Under the pieces are notes generated by a model that worked only from the letters and a program-made list of their open reading frames with translations, had not been told where the DNA came from and searched no databases. From assembly GCA_963669175.1 (NCBI GenBank), contig OY769902.1, forward strand, positions 2,784,001-2,848,000: a stretch of DNA of 64,000 bases, given 5' to 3'. The translations under genes and the position numbers were made by a program. This document shows positions 17,027 to 26,763 of this stretch, piece after piece. This stretch comes from a bacterium (lineage in GTDB: Bacteria; Electryoneota; Electryoneia; Electryoneales; Electryoneaceae). Every line of letters begins with the position of its first letter. The stretch's first letter is position 1.

Positions 17027-18019
17027 ATGAACAGAATTCTGTCACAAGACGAGATTGATGCTCTCCTGTCGAGTGTATCGAAAGGGAAGACCTACGATAC
17101 GGTTGAGCAGGATTCCCACAAGAACGTCTCATTGTATGACTTCAAGCATCCGGATCGGATCAGCAAGGAACAGATCCGAACGATGCGAACCATACATGAA
17201 AACTTCGCGCGTCTGTTTGCCACGTTCCTGTCAACCAACTTGCGGGCGCTGGTGGATGTAAACGTCATTTCTATCGATCAGGTAACTTATTCAGAATACA
17301 CGATGTCGCTTTCCATGCCATCCAGCCTTTATTTGCTTGGCATGCCGGAACTGGAAGGCAAAGCAGTTGTCGAAATCAGTCCGCAATTCCTGTTGTTTAT
17401 CGTTGACAGGTTATTGGGCGGGACTGGTGAAACAGAGATTGAAATCAGGGAAATCACCCTGATTGAGCAGAATATCGTCATGCGGATTATCAACAACCTG
17501 ATTGTTACCCTGAACGAAGTCTGGCAACAGATTTACCCGTTGAATGCACGGTATGATTCATTTGAGACCGACCCGCAGTTTGTACAGATTGCACGATCCA
17601 GTGAAACCATTGCGATTATTTTCTTTGAAATCAAGGTACGTGGCGCCGTATTCCCTATGAATATTGGCTTCCCGTATTTCGTGCTAGAACCGATTCTGCA
17701 AAAGCTTTCCAGCCAGACCTTCTTTACCAATGTGAAGAAGGTTGGCGAAGAAGAGCGCAAATTACTTGAGAATCGTATACAGGCAACTCGTCTTGCTGTA
17801 AGAGGGTTATTTGCAGAGACAAGCCTGACAGTTCGTGAATTCCTGCGGTTAAAATCTGGCAACCTGATTCAATTGGACAAAGCGATTGATGATGAAATCA
17901 GGATTGTTGTGGGTAGTGAGTTGAAGTTTTTTGGCGTGCCGGGAAGGCGTGGTCGAAGAGTCGCTGTGCGAGTGACGCGGCCCGTAACTTTCGAGGAACG
18001 TCTGGCATTTGATAAGTGA
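17027..18019 (+). CDS. fliM: Flagellar motor switch protein FliM
   Basis: ILSQDEIDALL CheY-binding motif, YDFKHPDRISKEQIR, DRLLGG, PQFVQI. Confidence 0.97.
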   Translation: MNRILSQDEIDALLSSVSKGKTYDTVEQDSHKNVSLYDFKHPDRISKEQIRTMRTIHENFARLFATFLSTNLRALVDVNVISIDQVTYSEYTMSLSMPSSLYLLGMPELEGKAVVEISPQFLLFIVDRLLGGTGETEIEIREITLIEQNIVMRIINNLIVTLNEVWQQIYPLNARYDSFETDPQFVQIARSSETIAIIFFEIKVRGAVFPMNIGFPYFVLEPILQKLSSQTFFTNVKKVGEEERKLLENRIQATRLAVRGLFAETSLTVREFLRLKSGNLIQLDKAIDDEIRIVVGSELKFFGVPGRRGRRVAVRVTRPVTFEERLAFDK

Positions 18020-18026
18020 GGCGATC

Positions 18027-18977
18027 ATGGCTGCTAATACCAGACTGGTCAAAGTAGAACAGGCTGTTCTGCCGATCATGCAGGATGTGCTGGGACCGAT
18101 TCTTAATCGTGAAGTCGATTTGACTCTTGCTGGCGTGGAAGAGCCGGAAGCACACATTCTTGAAGCGAATTTTATGGATGTGCCGGTTGTAGTGGAAGCT
18201 CCACTGGAGGGTTCACTACCAGGCACCATTTATTACATATTCAGTAAGAAACTGGCCGCTGCGGTTACTGACCTGATGGTCATGGGAGATGGGTCCGCCG
18301 AGTTTAACGAGCAGGAATCGCTGGACGGCATCTCGGAAGCGACCAACCAGATTGTCGGCGCGCTGGCAACCAACTGGAGCGATGAGCTTGGCTCTGATAT
18401 TCATCCCACTGGAGCAAAGGCAAAGGTTCAGGATTTAGATAGTTTAGCTGTTGACCTGACCCGTGTTTATATGGTAAGCTACCAGTTAAGTATTGATGAG
18501 TGGGGAACTGAAGTTTTTGTAAAGTTGGTGCCGAGGAATATCCTTGAAGGATTGACAGCCCTTGTGGAGGATGATGCGGGTGCAGCGCCTGCATCGGCAG
18601 GAGCTTCACCGTCCGGCGGCATGGGTGGTGGCATGGGAGGTGGCGCGGGCTTAACAGTCCGGAAAGCCGAATTCGGTGAGTTCGACGCCGGTGATATCCC
18701 CGCTGGAATTGAAGCGCCACGTAACCTGGATCTGTTGCTGGATATTTCTCTCCCGGTGACTATCGAGCTGGGACGTACCAGCATGTTGATCCGTGAAATC
18801 CTGGAGCTTGGACCGGGGTCTGTGATTGAATTGCAGAAGCTTTCCGGTGAGCCTGTGGATCTCTTTGTCAATGACAAGAAATTTGCCCTTGGTGAAGTTG
18901 TTGTAATTGATGAGAACTTCGGTGTTCGCATTACAGAGTTGTTAAGTGTAGAGGACAGGATAAAGGCGCTGAAATAG
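18027..18977 (+). CDS. fliN: FliY-like switch protein (CheC-like domain + FliN/SpoA domain)
   Basis: DLMVMGDG and DGISEATNQ (D-x3-E-x2-N); C-terminal LLLDISLPVTIELG...GEVVVIDENFGVRIT. Confidence 0.9.
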   Translation: MAANTRLVKVEQAVLPIMQDVLGPILNREVDLTLAGVEEPEAHILEANFMDVPVVVEAPLEGSLPGTIYYIFSKKLAAAVTDLMVMGDGSAEFNEQESLDGISEATNQIVGALATNWSDELGSDIHPTGAKAKVQDLDSLAVDLTRVYMVSYQLSIDEWGTEVFVKLVPRNILEGLTALVEDDAGAAPASAGASPSGGMGGGMGGGAGLTVRKAEFGEFDAGDIPAGIEAPRNLDLLLDISLPVTIELGRTSMLIREILELGPGSVIELQKLSGEPVDLFVNDKKFALGEVVVIDENFGVRITELLSVEDRIKALK

Positions 18978-18992
18978 CGGTGGGAAAAGCAC

Positions 18993-19412
18993 ATGACTGG
19001 CAAACGGATCTGGTGGCTGATCTTGGGAACCTTTTGGACGGGTTCTGTTTCTCTGGCGCAGGAAACTAACCAGGCCCCGCCATTTTCGGAAAGTATGGGG
19101 GCATCCCTTGCACGTGCCGGGTTTGCCCTGTTTCTTGTTATTGCATTGATTTTTCTGGCTGTATGGTTATTGAAAAGATACTTCCCACAATTTGCCGGCG
19201 CCGGAACCATGCACCCGAAATCGACATCACAATCTGAATTGGATGACAGAATTGAAATTCTGGATGTAAAAGGGATTGCCCCGAAGCGATTCCTTATCCT
19301 GGCAAAAGTGCATGATCGCGAAGTGCTTATCGGTTCAACCGAAGATGGTCTAACTGCGCTGGGCGACTGGAAAGCGGGCGAATCTCCGGAAGATCAGCTT
19401 GAAGAAAACTGA
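18993..19412 (+). CDS. fliO: Flagellar biosynthesis protein FliO/FliZ
   Basis: Signal-like N-terminus, TM LFLVIALIFLAVWLLKR, IEILD..IAPKRFLILAKVHDREVLIGST. Confidence 0.88.
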   Translation: MTGKRIWWLILGTFWTGSVSLAQETNQAPPFSESMGASLARAGFALFLVIALIFLAVWLLKRYFPQFAGAGTMHPKSTSQSELDDRIEILDVKGIAPKRFLILAKVHDREVLIGSTEDGLTALGDWKAGESPEDQLEEN

Positions 19413-19572
19413 GTATCACAAACTTCAAAGAAACAGGGATTTCTTTCATATCTGAATTTAGATTGCACGGTAGTAGTTTTTCATTACGTTTGAAGACCCG
19501 TACCTACAGAAAACATTGAACGGGACATGCGGGAGTTGAAGAGGAAATCCTTGATAAAGAGGAACAAACGAC

Positions 19573-21087
19573 ATGCCTGATGCCCCAAACGGAGACATGC
19601 CTTTTCAAGGTGAACAGTGGGATGCGGACAAGGGCGCGGAGTCATCCGAAGAGAATGGCGATTCCGGTATTCTTCGTGATGGCGTACGGTGTACGGTGAC
19701 GTTAAGTGACGACGCAACAGAAGCTTATGCCTTGATCGAAGGTGCAGATGAGGAAGAAGTTGAACTTCATATAATTCTTGATGCACTGGTTAAAGAACAT
19801 GTAAAAGTAGGTATTGATAAACGAGCGATTGCGCAACTGGCATCCAAAAATGGCGCACGTGGTCAATCAACCCTTGTTGCTGTTGGTACAAAACCTGTAC
19901 CCGGACAAGATGCTGAAATTGCCTACCATTTTGATCCCAATCCCAAACCAACGATGGAGCACCTCCCGAACGGGAAAGTTAATTACAAGGAAGCAGGCGT
20001 ATTGCAGGCTGTTGAGGCAGGTGATCTCATTGCGCAGAAGAAACCAGCTACATTGGGTGAGTCAGGGATTACGGTGACCGGTGTTAAAATCTCAGCGCGT
20101 GCCGGTACCGATGTTGTTATCAAAAAGGGTGAAAATACCAAATTCAGAGATGCCCTGCAGACTGAACTTGTTTCAACGATCAGTGGGTGTGTCGGGATTG
20201 GGGAAGGCAACACCATCAAAGTAAGCCCGGTATACATCGTCAATGGAGATGTAGATATGAAAACCGGGAATATCCGTTTTGATGGGGGAGTTACAGTAAA
20301 AGGGGATGTTAAAGCCGGTTTTACTGTTGAAGCTTGCGGTGATGTTGAAATAAAGGGTGTTGTCGAAGATGCCCATGTTCACTGTGGTGGAACGCTGACG
20401 ATACGGGGAGGCTTCATCGGCACCGGTGAAGGTTTGATACAGTGTTGTGGCGATGTACACCTGCTGTTCCTGGAAAACCAGAAGCTTATCGCCGGTGGAG
20501 ACATCTATATCGCAGAAGAGATTATTCACGGAGATGTAACGTCCGGCGGATCCATCTACGTAAAGTTTGGCAAAGGTGCGATTATCGGTGGCGAGATTCA
20601 TGCGCGCAATTCGGTAGAAGCAAAGATTTTTGGCAATATCAATTATCAGTCAACCAAGGTTTATGCGGCTGATAATCCTTATTTGGACAATATGCTTCAA
20701 CAATTGGATGAAGCTGTACTCCATGTTGATGATACAAAAGATATGATTCAACAGGGCATAGCCAAACTGCTTGCGAAAAAGTACAAGGGGGATGCTTTTA
20801 CGGATGAAATGGGTATGCACCTGCAAACTCTGTATGATGTTTCCTATTCTATGGATGCTGACATAAAAAAACTGAATGAAAAACACACTGAAGTCTCCAA
20901 CAAACGAGCGAAACTGACCAAAGACTCCTATGTGAAGATAATCCAGAAGGCCTATCCCAATGTCACCGTCATTATTGATGACGCCAGGAAAAAAATTGAT
21001 GAAGAGATGGAGAGGGTTAAACTGGTGAATCGTGACGCTGCAATTTGCAGGTTTGCTGATACGGGTGAACCGGCGCAACCGTTATAG
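19573..21087 (+). CDS. FapA / DUF342 family protein
   Basis: GTKPVPGQDA, VNGDVDMKTGNIRFDGGVTVKGDV beta-helix repeats, IIGGEIHA, YPNVTVII. Confidence 0.9.
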   Translation: MPDAPNGDMPFQGEQWDADKGAESSEENGDSGILRDGVRCTVTLSDDATEAYALIEGADEEEVELHIILDALVKEHVKVGIDKRAIAQLASKNGARGQSTLVAVGTKPVPGQDAEIAYHFDPNPKPTMEHLPNGKVNYKEAGVLQAVEAGDLIAQKKPATLGESGITVTGVKISARAGTDVVIKKGENTKFRDALQTELVSTISGCVGIGEGNTIKVSPVYIVNGDVDMKTGNIRFDGGVTVKGDVKAGFTVEACGDVEIKGVVEDAHVHCGGTLTIRGGFIGTGEGLIQCCGDVHLLFLENQKLIAGGDIYIAEEIIHGDVTSGGSIYVKFGKGAIIGGEIHARNSVEAKIFGNINYQSTKVYAADNPYLDNMLQQLDEAVLHVDDTKDMIQQGIAKLLAKKYKGDAFTDEMGMHLQTLYDVSYSMDADIKKLNEKHTEVSNKRAKLTKDSYVKIIQKAYPNVTVIIDDARKKIDEEMERVKLVNRDAAICRFADTGEPAQPL

Positions 21088-21110
21088 TCGATCAACTCAG
21101 CAGGCTAAAA

Positions 21111-21923
21111 GTGAACAGCCAAAGTAGACAACATACAGAATCCAAACCCGGGAAAAAGAACGGTTTCCGAATCAAACCGTTGATTGTCCTGGCCGTTGCT
21201 GCTGCGGGTGCGCTGATGTCTGGCGGTATTGCAGTGGCACAGCAACCGGCGTTACCGAAATTCACGATTGGAATGGAACCGGTCAACCAGCCGGCTGATC
21301 TGGCGGTAACGCTACAGGTTATCCTTTTGCTGACTGTCCTTACGCTGGCTCCATCCATCCTGATGATGACGACGAGTTTTGTCAGGATTGTTATTGCGTT
21401 TCACTTCGTCCGACAGGCGTTGGGAGTGCAGGGATTACCCCCGAACCAGGTTATTATCGGCCTATCGCTTTTCATGACGCTTTTCATTATGTCACCCGTA
21501 ATCACTGAAATCTACGACAACGCATGGAAGCCTTATGCAGAACAGAAAATTACCTTGCAGATGGGGTGGGAGAGAGCCCAGGATCCTTTACGTGAGTTCA
21601 TGTTGAAGCATACTCGCGAGAAGGATTTGCAGTTGTTTACTCGCCTGGCAAATGTTCGTCAGCCCGGTACCCAGGAAGAAGTACCGATGCGAATTGTCAT
21701 CCCGGCATTTATCACCAGTGAAATGCGTGTTGGCTTCCAGATCGGGTTCATGATATACATGCCCATGTTGATTATTGATATGGTTGTTGCATCTGTTCTG
21801 ATGTCCATGGGGATGATGATGCTACCCCCTGTGATGTTGAGTCTACCGTTTAAACTATTGATGTTTGTGCTGGTGGATGGTTGGTATCTCGTGGTTCAAT
21901 CCCTGGTGGAGAGTTTCCAGTGA
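21111..21923 (+). CDS. fliP: Flagellar export gate protein FliP
   Basis: LTVLTLAPSILMMTTSFVRI, PPNQV, PAFITSE, MGMMMLPP..SLPFKLLMFVLVDGW. Confidence 0.98.
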   Translation: MNSQSRQHTESKPGKKNGFRIKPLIVLAVAAAGALMSGGIAVAQQPALPKFTIGMEPVNQPADLAVTLQVILLLTVLTLAPSILMMTTSFVRIVIAFHFVRQALGVQGLPPNQVIIGLSLFMTLFIMSPVITEIYDNAWKPYAEQKITLQMGWERAQDPLREFMLKHTREKDLQLFTRLANVRQPGTQEEVPMRIVIPAFITSEMRVGFQIGFMIYMPMLIIDMVVASVLMSMGMMMLPPVMLSLPFKLLMFVLVDGWYLVVQSLVESFQ

Positions 21924-22189
21924 CACAGGAATTCGCCATATATATCGTTCGTGAGACCCTGTTTACGGCGTTGATGCTTGCTGCGCCGATGCTGCTGACC
22001 GGGTTGGCCGTGGGTGTGTTTATCAGCTTGATCCAGTCCGCCACCCAGATCCAGGAAATGACACTTACCTTTATCCCGAAAATTCTCTCCGTTGTAATCG
22101 TGATTATTCTTGCCGCCCCCTGGATGATTAACACGATGCTCAAATTTACCCATATGATCTTCGGTCACATCGGTTCCATGGCGCAATAG
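21920..22189 (+). CDS. fliQ: Flagellar export gate protein FliQ
   Basis: GTG start overlapping the fliP stop; SLIQSATQIQEMTLTFIPK. Confidence 0.97.
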   Translation: MTQEFAIYIVRETLFTALMLAAPMLLTGLAVGVFISLIQSATQIQEMTLTFIPKILSVVIVIILAAPWMINTMLKFTHMIFGHIGSMAQ

Positions 22190-22198
22190 GGGACAACT

Positions 22199-23518
22199 GT
22201 GACCGATTCCTCCGAACAGAAGACACTGGTTCTCGTAATCGATGATGAAGAATGGCTTCGTGATGTGGTGGAAGAAGCCCTGACGCACTTTGGTATGAAG
22301 GTGTTTACTGCCGAAGATGGGGAACAGGGATTACAGATATTCAATGAGCACCCTGAGATTGAAGTTATTGTCACAGACTTGATGATGCCCCGGATGAACG
22401 GGCTTGAATTATTGGGGATCGTAAAAGAGCGAAATCAGCTTGTTGAAGTTATTTTTCTGACAGGGCATGGCAGTATTGACTCGGCCCTGGAAGCGATCAA
22501 AAAAGGCGCGTACGACTATCTTCAGAAACCGGTCAGCATGGAAGAACTGAGCCTGACCGTTGAACGCGCCCTGGAACGCAGAAGACTGTATTATGAGCAG
22601 GAACGTAGCGCTGAACAGCTACGTCTCCTCGTTGAACAATTGGACCGTCGCAATAAAGACCTGGAACGGACACTGTCAGAATTGCATGATACTCAAGTTC
22701 AACTTCTTCAATCAGAGAAAATGAGTTCCCTTGGGCAGTTGGCCGCAGGGGTAGCCCATGAAATCAATAATCCTACTGGTTATGTCCGGTCAAATTTGCA
22801 GACAATGCTTAAATATACGGAGCATTTTAAGCGATCTTATGAGTTTATTAATACTTCAATTAGAGAAGGGAAGACGACAAAGCTTGCGGAAGCTATCAAG
22901 GATAATCTGAAAAAGGAGAAAATTGACAGAATTCTTGATGATCTTGATAATGTGCTTGAGGAATCAATCGAAGGCACGGAAAGAGTTCAGCAAATCGTAA
23001 AAGATCTTGGCCAGTTCAGCAGAATCGATCCGGATATGGAACGAGAGTCTGATATCCTGGCTGGAATCAGATCTACCCTGAATATTGTCAGGGGTAAAGT
23101 TAAAAACGTAGCTTCAATTGTAAAAGAATGTGAACCTGTTCCGAAGGTAAAATGTAACCTTCAACAAATTAATCAGGTCATCATGAATCTTGTTATCAAT
23201 GCATCCCAGGCTATTGAAAATCCACCAGGAAAAATTATAATCAGGACCAGGCAGGAAGAAGATCAGGCAATTATTGAAGTGGAGGATAATGGCAAGGGAA
23301 TTGAAGCAGATGTTCTGGAAAGGATATTTGATCCGTTCTATACAACCAAAGAAGTGGGCGAGGGCACTGGCTTGGGGTTGTCGATCAGTTACCGGATCAT
23401 CAAGAATCACGGCGGGGAGATCGAAGCAGAAAGCACACCTGGAAAGGGGAGTCTTTTCAGGGTAAAACTGCCAATTAATGGCAGAAGCAAAGAAGCGGAG
23501 AAGGAAAACGATGGATGA
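22199..23518 (+). CDS. Cytoplasmic hybrid kinase (REC-coiled coil-HisKA-HATPase)
   Basis: VIDDE/TDLMMP/FLTGHG/YLQKP receiver; QSEKMSSLGQLAAGVAHEINNP H-box; N, G1 (EDNGKGI), F (FDPFYTTK) and G2 (GTGLGL) boxes. Confidence 0.93.
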   Translation: MTDSSEQKTLVLVIDDEEWLRDVVEEALTHFGMKVFTAEDGEQGLQIFNEHPEIEVIVTDLMMPRMNGLELLGIVKERNQLVEVIFLTGHGSIDSALEAIKKGAYDYLQKPVSMEELSLTVERALERRRLYYEQERSAEQLRLLVEQLDRRNKDLERTLSELHDTQVQLLQSEKMSSLGQLAAGVAHEINNPTGYVRSNLQTMLKYTEHFKRSYEFINTSIREGKTTKLAEAIKDNLKKEKIDRILDDLDNVLEESIEGTERVQQIVKDLGQFSRIDPDMERESDILAGIRSTLNIVRGKVKNVASIVKECEPVPKVKCNLQQINQVIMNLVINASQAIENPPGKIIIRTRQEEDQAIIEVEDNGKGIEADVLERIFDPFYTTKEVGEGTGLGLSISYRIIKNHGGEIEAESTPGKGSLFRVKLPINGRSKEAEKENDG

Positions 23519-24815
23519 CAGGGACCGGATACTGGTGTTTGTTGATGATGAACCGAACATCCTAAGTGCATTGAAACGTAGTTTTTTTGAAGAAGACTAT
23601 ACGATAAAAACTTTCTCTGAGCCTTCTAAAGCTTTGGAATTTATAAAAAAGAATGATGTTCATCTCATTCTCAGCGATCAACGTATGCCGAAAATGGAAG
23701 GTACAGAATTCCTGACCAAATCGCTGGAAATCTCAGAGAAGCCGATCCGGATGTTGTTAACCGGCTATGCGGATATGGAAGCCGCGGTTGATGCAATCAA
23801 TCTTGCGAAGGTTCATCGTTTTATCTTCAAGCCGTGGAATGATGAAGATATTCGTATTACAGTCAAGCGCGCCCTTGATTTTTACGATCTTGAAGAAGAA
23901 AACAAACAACTGCTTGACGAATTAAAGGTAAAGAATGCAGAGCTGGAGGAATGGAATCTCACGCTGAATGAAAAAGTGAAAGACCGTACCAAGCTGATCG
24001 CAAAAAGGAACCTTGAGCTTGGTAAAATCACCAAGGTCCTGGAGCAGTCGATTGTAAATACAGTTAAAGTATTTCTGAAGTTAATGGAAAATATGGATCC
24101 GTTACTGACGGCCCATTCCAGAAGGATTGCCTACATCGCAACGTCAATTTCACGTGGATTGAGTTTCAATGATCAGCAGTCGTCCGATCTGGAGATTGCC
24201 TCACTCTTGCATGATATTGGAAAACTGGGTTTACCGAAGAATATCCTGGACCGTCCGATAGAGCAATTATCCGAAAAAGACCGGGCGCTGGTAATCAATC
24301 TTCCCGTTGTCGCTCAGAGTTATCTCAATGAAATTGAATGGTTTGACAATGCCGGGAAAATCATCCGGCACATGAATGAACGGTGGGACGGCAGGGGATT
24401 GCCGGACAACCTGGCAGGTAAGGACATTCCACTCGAGAGTCGTCTCCTGTCAGTCTGCAACCAGTACGATGAACTCGCCACCAAAAGCGGTCGCAGTGAA
24501 GCGTTTGTCCTGAAATACTTTAAGACCAATGCAGGCACCAAGTTTGACCCGGAAATGTGTGAAGCCTTGATGGGCTTTTTGCAGAGCCAGACGCAGACCA
24601 AGCATTCCATGCGCCGCCAGGTAGATGTCCTTTCTTCAGAACTGAAGCCGGGAATGGTACTGGTCAATGATCTGTTTACCGAAAACGGAATCTTCCTGCT
24701 TCCCAAGGGCCAGACGCTAGGCGACAAGAATATCACTTCCATCCGCGAGATCCATAAGGTTGATCCAATCCCGAACACAATTCGCGTGGTTATTCCAAGC
24801 GAAGTGGAGGGGTAG
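23511..24815 (+). CDS. Response regulator with degenerate HD-GYP domain
   Basis: FVDDE, SDQRMP, LLTGY, KPW receiver; LLHDIGK present but HMNERWDGRGLP replaces HHExxDGxGYP; C-terminal LKPGMVL..G..LL..G motif. Confidence 0.88.
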   Translation: MDDRDRILVFVDDEPNILSALKRSFFEEDYTIKTFSEPSKALEFIKKNDVHLILSDQRMPKMEGTEFLTKSLEISEKPIRMLLTGYADMEAAVDAINLAKVHRFIFKPWNDEDIRITVKRALDFYDLEEENKQLLDELKVKNAELEEWNLTLNEKVKDRTKLIAKRNLELGKITKVLEQSIVNTVKVFLKLMENMDPLLTAHSRRIAYIATSISRGLSFNDQQSSDLEIASLLHDIGKLGLPKNILDRPIEQLSEKDRALVINLPVVAQSYLNEIEWFDNAGKIIRHMNERWDGRGLPDNLAGKDIPLESRLLSVCNQYDELATKSGRSEAFVLKYFKTNAGTKFDPEMCEALMGFLQSQTQTKHSMRRQVDVLSSELKPGMVLVNDLFTENGIFLLPKGQTLGDKNITSIREIHKVDPIPNTIRVVIPSEVEG

Positions 24816-25597
24816 TGGACGTACTGCAGTACAACCTGGATGAAATTGAACGATGGTTGCTGATGCTGTTCCGCATCAGCGCCATGTTTATGGCATTTCC
24901 TTTCTTCGGGCTTATGGCCTTCCCTAACCAGATTAAAGTCGCCCTGGCTGTTATGGTTACGGTCATTCTCTTTCCGCTTCATCCTGAAGTTGAAATGATG
25001 TACATCCCCGGTGTAATCGCCTTTTTCGGCTATGTCTTGAAAGAAATCCTTGTTGGTATCGCAGCGGCAATGGTCGGGCAATTCCTGTTTTACGGGGTTC
25101 AATTTGCGGGTTTTATCGTAGGACGCCAGGTAGGATTCGGGATTATCAATACCGTGGATCCCCTGATTGATATTCAAATGCCTATTATCTCACAGATATG
25201 GAACATGCTCGCCATTATGTTGTTCATCATTATCGGAGGGCATCATTTTCTCCTGATGGCGATAGATGAGTGTTTTCTCCGAATCCCGGTTGGCGGCGGC
25301 ACATTTTCCCCCTTCATGGTGGAAGGGTTTGCCCGATTGAGCGCAGATATTTTCATTATAGGGGTGAAATTATGCGCTCCCGTCTTTGTTGCGGTTCTGG
25401 TCACGGAATTTGCGTTGGGTATCCTCGCAAGGACAGTTCCCCAGATGAATGTCTGGCTGGTTGGCTTTCCATTGAAGATAGGAATCGGTGTTTTCACGAT
25501 GGGATTATCGCTTCCTTACTTCGTTTATGTTTTTGGTAAGCTGTACGCCGGTTGGCAGGGGGATCTGATAGATTTTATCCGGACTATGACAGGATGA
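24815..25597 (+). CDS. fliR: Flagellar export gate protein FliR
   Basis: FRISAMFMAFPFFG, GGHHFLL, GILARTVPQMNV..VGFPLKI. Confidence 0.96.
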   Translation: MDVLQYNLDEIERWLLMLFRISAMFMAFPFFGLMAFPNQIKVALAVMVTVILFPLHPEVEMMYIPGVIAFFGYVLKEILVGIAAAMVGQFLFYGVQFAGFIVGRQVGFGIINTVDPLIDIQMPIISQIWNMLAIMLFIIIGGHHFLLMAIDECFLRIPVGGGTFSPFMVEGFARLSADIFIIGVKLCAPVFVAVLVTEFALGILARTVPQMNVWLVGFPLKIGIGVFTMGLSLPYFVYVFGKLYAGWQGDLIDFIRTMTG

Positions 25598-25603
25598 GGC
25601 GGG

Positions 25604-26695
25604 ATGCCCCGGGAAAACCAGGACGGCCAGGAAAAAACAGAAAAACCATCTGCGCGAAGAAAAAGTAAGGCGCGCAGTGAGGGTAATGTTGCCAAGTCAA
25701 AAGAACTGAACAGTTTTGCAGTTCTCTTTGGCGGCTTCATGACTCTAACTTTCTGGGGCCCCTGGATGATGAGCCGTATTATGGGACTTACCAGCGGGAT
25801 CTATAGAGAACTCTTTACATTTAAAATAGATGCGTATAATTTTAATGGCTATATGAACGGTGGGGTGATCTGGTTTATTATCACGCTGTTTCCCATTCTT
25901 GTCGTCGTTGTTTTCATGGCGATCCTCATCAACTACTTGCAGTTCGGCTGGATATTCTCCACCAAGAACATGAAGTTCAAACCCAGTAGAATGAATCCTT
26001 TTGCCAAAGGCCTCGCCGGATTTAAGAACATCCTGAATAAAAAATCCCTGTTTCAAATGGGTGTCAATATTGTAAAACTGCTCATCATCGGGTATACCGC
26101 TTATACTGTAGTTCGCCGCGCCTGGCCGAAGTTTGTACCGCTTATGGATGCAAGTGTTGGTCAGATCAGTCTTTTCCTGATTCATACCATTGGTGAAGTA
26201 GCGCTCTGGACGCTTTCTCTGCTTTTGATTCTTGCGATCCTGGACTTCATTTACCAGAAGTACAACCATTACCAGGATTTAAAAATGACAAAGCATGAGG
26301 TCAAGGATGAACGAAAGATGATGGATGGCGATCCGAAGATCAAAGCCAAGATTCGCCAGATGGGCCAGCAGATCGCTTTCAACGTCATGATCAAGGAGTT
26401 ACCCAAGGCGGATGTGGTTGTTACCAACCCGGTTCATGTCGCCGTAGCGCTGAAATACGATCCAGCGACCATGCAGGCGCCGGTAGTCCTGGGCAAGGGG
26501 CTTCGTCTACTGGCGGAACGCATCAAGCAGATTGCACGCGACAACGATATTCCTATCCTCGAAAACCCACCCCTGGCTCGTGCCCTGTATAAATCCTGCG
26601 CTGTCGGTGAAGAGATACCGGGGCAATTCTATCAGGATGTAGCGGAAATCATCGCCTACATTTACGAGCTGCGTAACAAAGAAATTCCCGTTTAA
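25604..26695 (+). CDS. flhB: Flagellar export substrate-switch protein FlhB
   Basis: EKTEKPSARR..GNVAKSKEL, LKMTKHEVKDE..DGDPKIK, TNPVHVAVALKY, PPLARALY. Confidence 0.97.
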   Translation: MPRENQDGQEKTEKPSARRKSKARSEGNVAKSKELNSFAVLFGGFMTLTFWGPWMMSRIMGLTSGIYRELFTFKIDAYNFNGYMNGGVIWFIITLFPILVVVVFMAILINYLQFGWIFSTKNMKFKPSRMNPFAKGLAGFKNILNKKSLFQMGVNIVKLLIIGYTAYTVVRRAWPKFVPLMDASVGQISLFLIHTIGEVALWTLSLLLILAILDFIYQKYNHYQDLKMTKHEVKDERKMMDGDPKIKAKIRQMGQQIAFNVMIKELPKADVVVTNPVHVAVALKYDPATMQAPVVLGKGLRLLAERIKQIARDNDIPILENPPLARALYKSCAVGEEIPGQFYQDVAEIIAYIYELRNKEIPV

Positions 26696-26710
26696 CAACA
26701 AGTTGGCTTT

Positions 26711-26726
26711 GGGCACACCGCTTGCT
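26711..26726 (+). promoter_or_regulatory. sigma54 promoter of flhA
   Basis: GGGCAC-ACCGC-TTGCT (GG-N10-GC) in the flhB-flhA gap. Confidence 0.7.
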
Positions 26727-26763
26727 TTCCTATTTCCGGATAGTAGGATAGAAGGGAATACGA

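Noticed and set aside
18610-18650. GGMGGGMGGG repeat in the FliY linker; also poly-Glu at ~31585 and PKPKP at ~35460
   Set aside because: Ordinary low-complexity linkers, with no sign of a phase-variable tract
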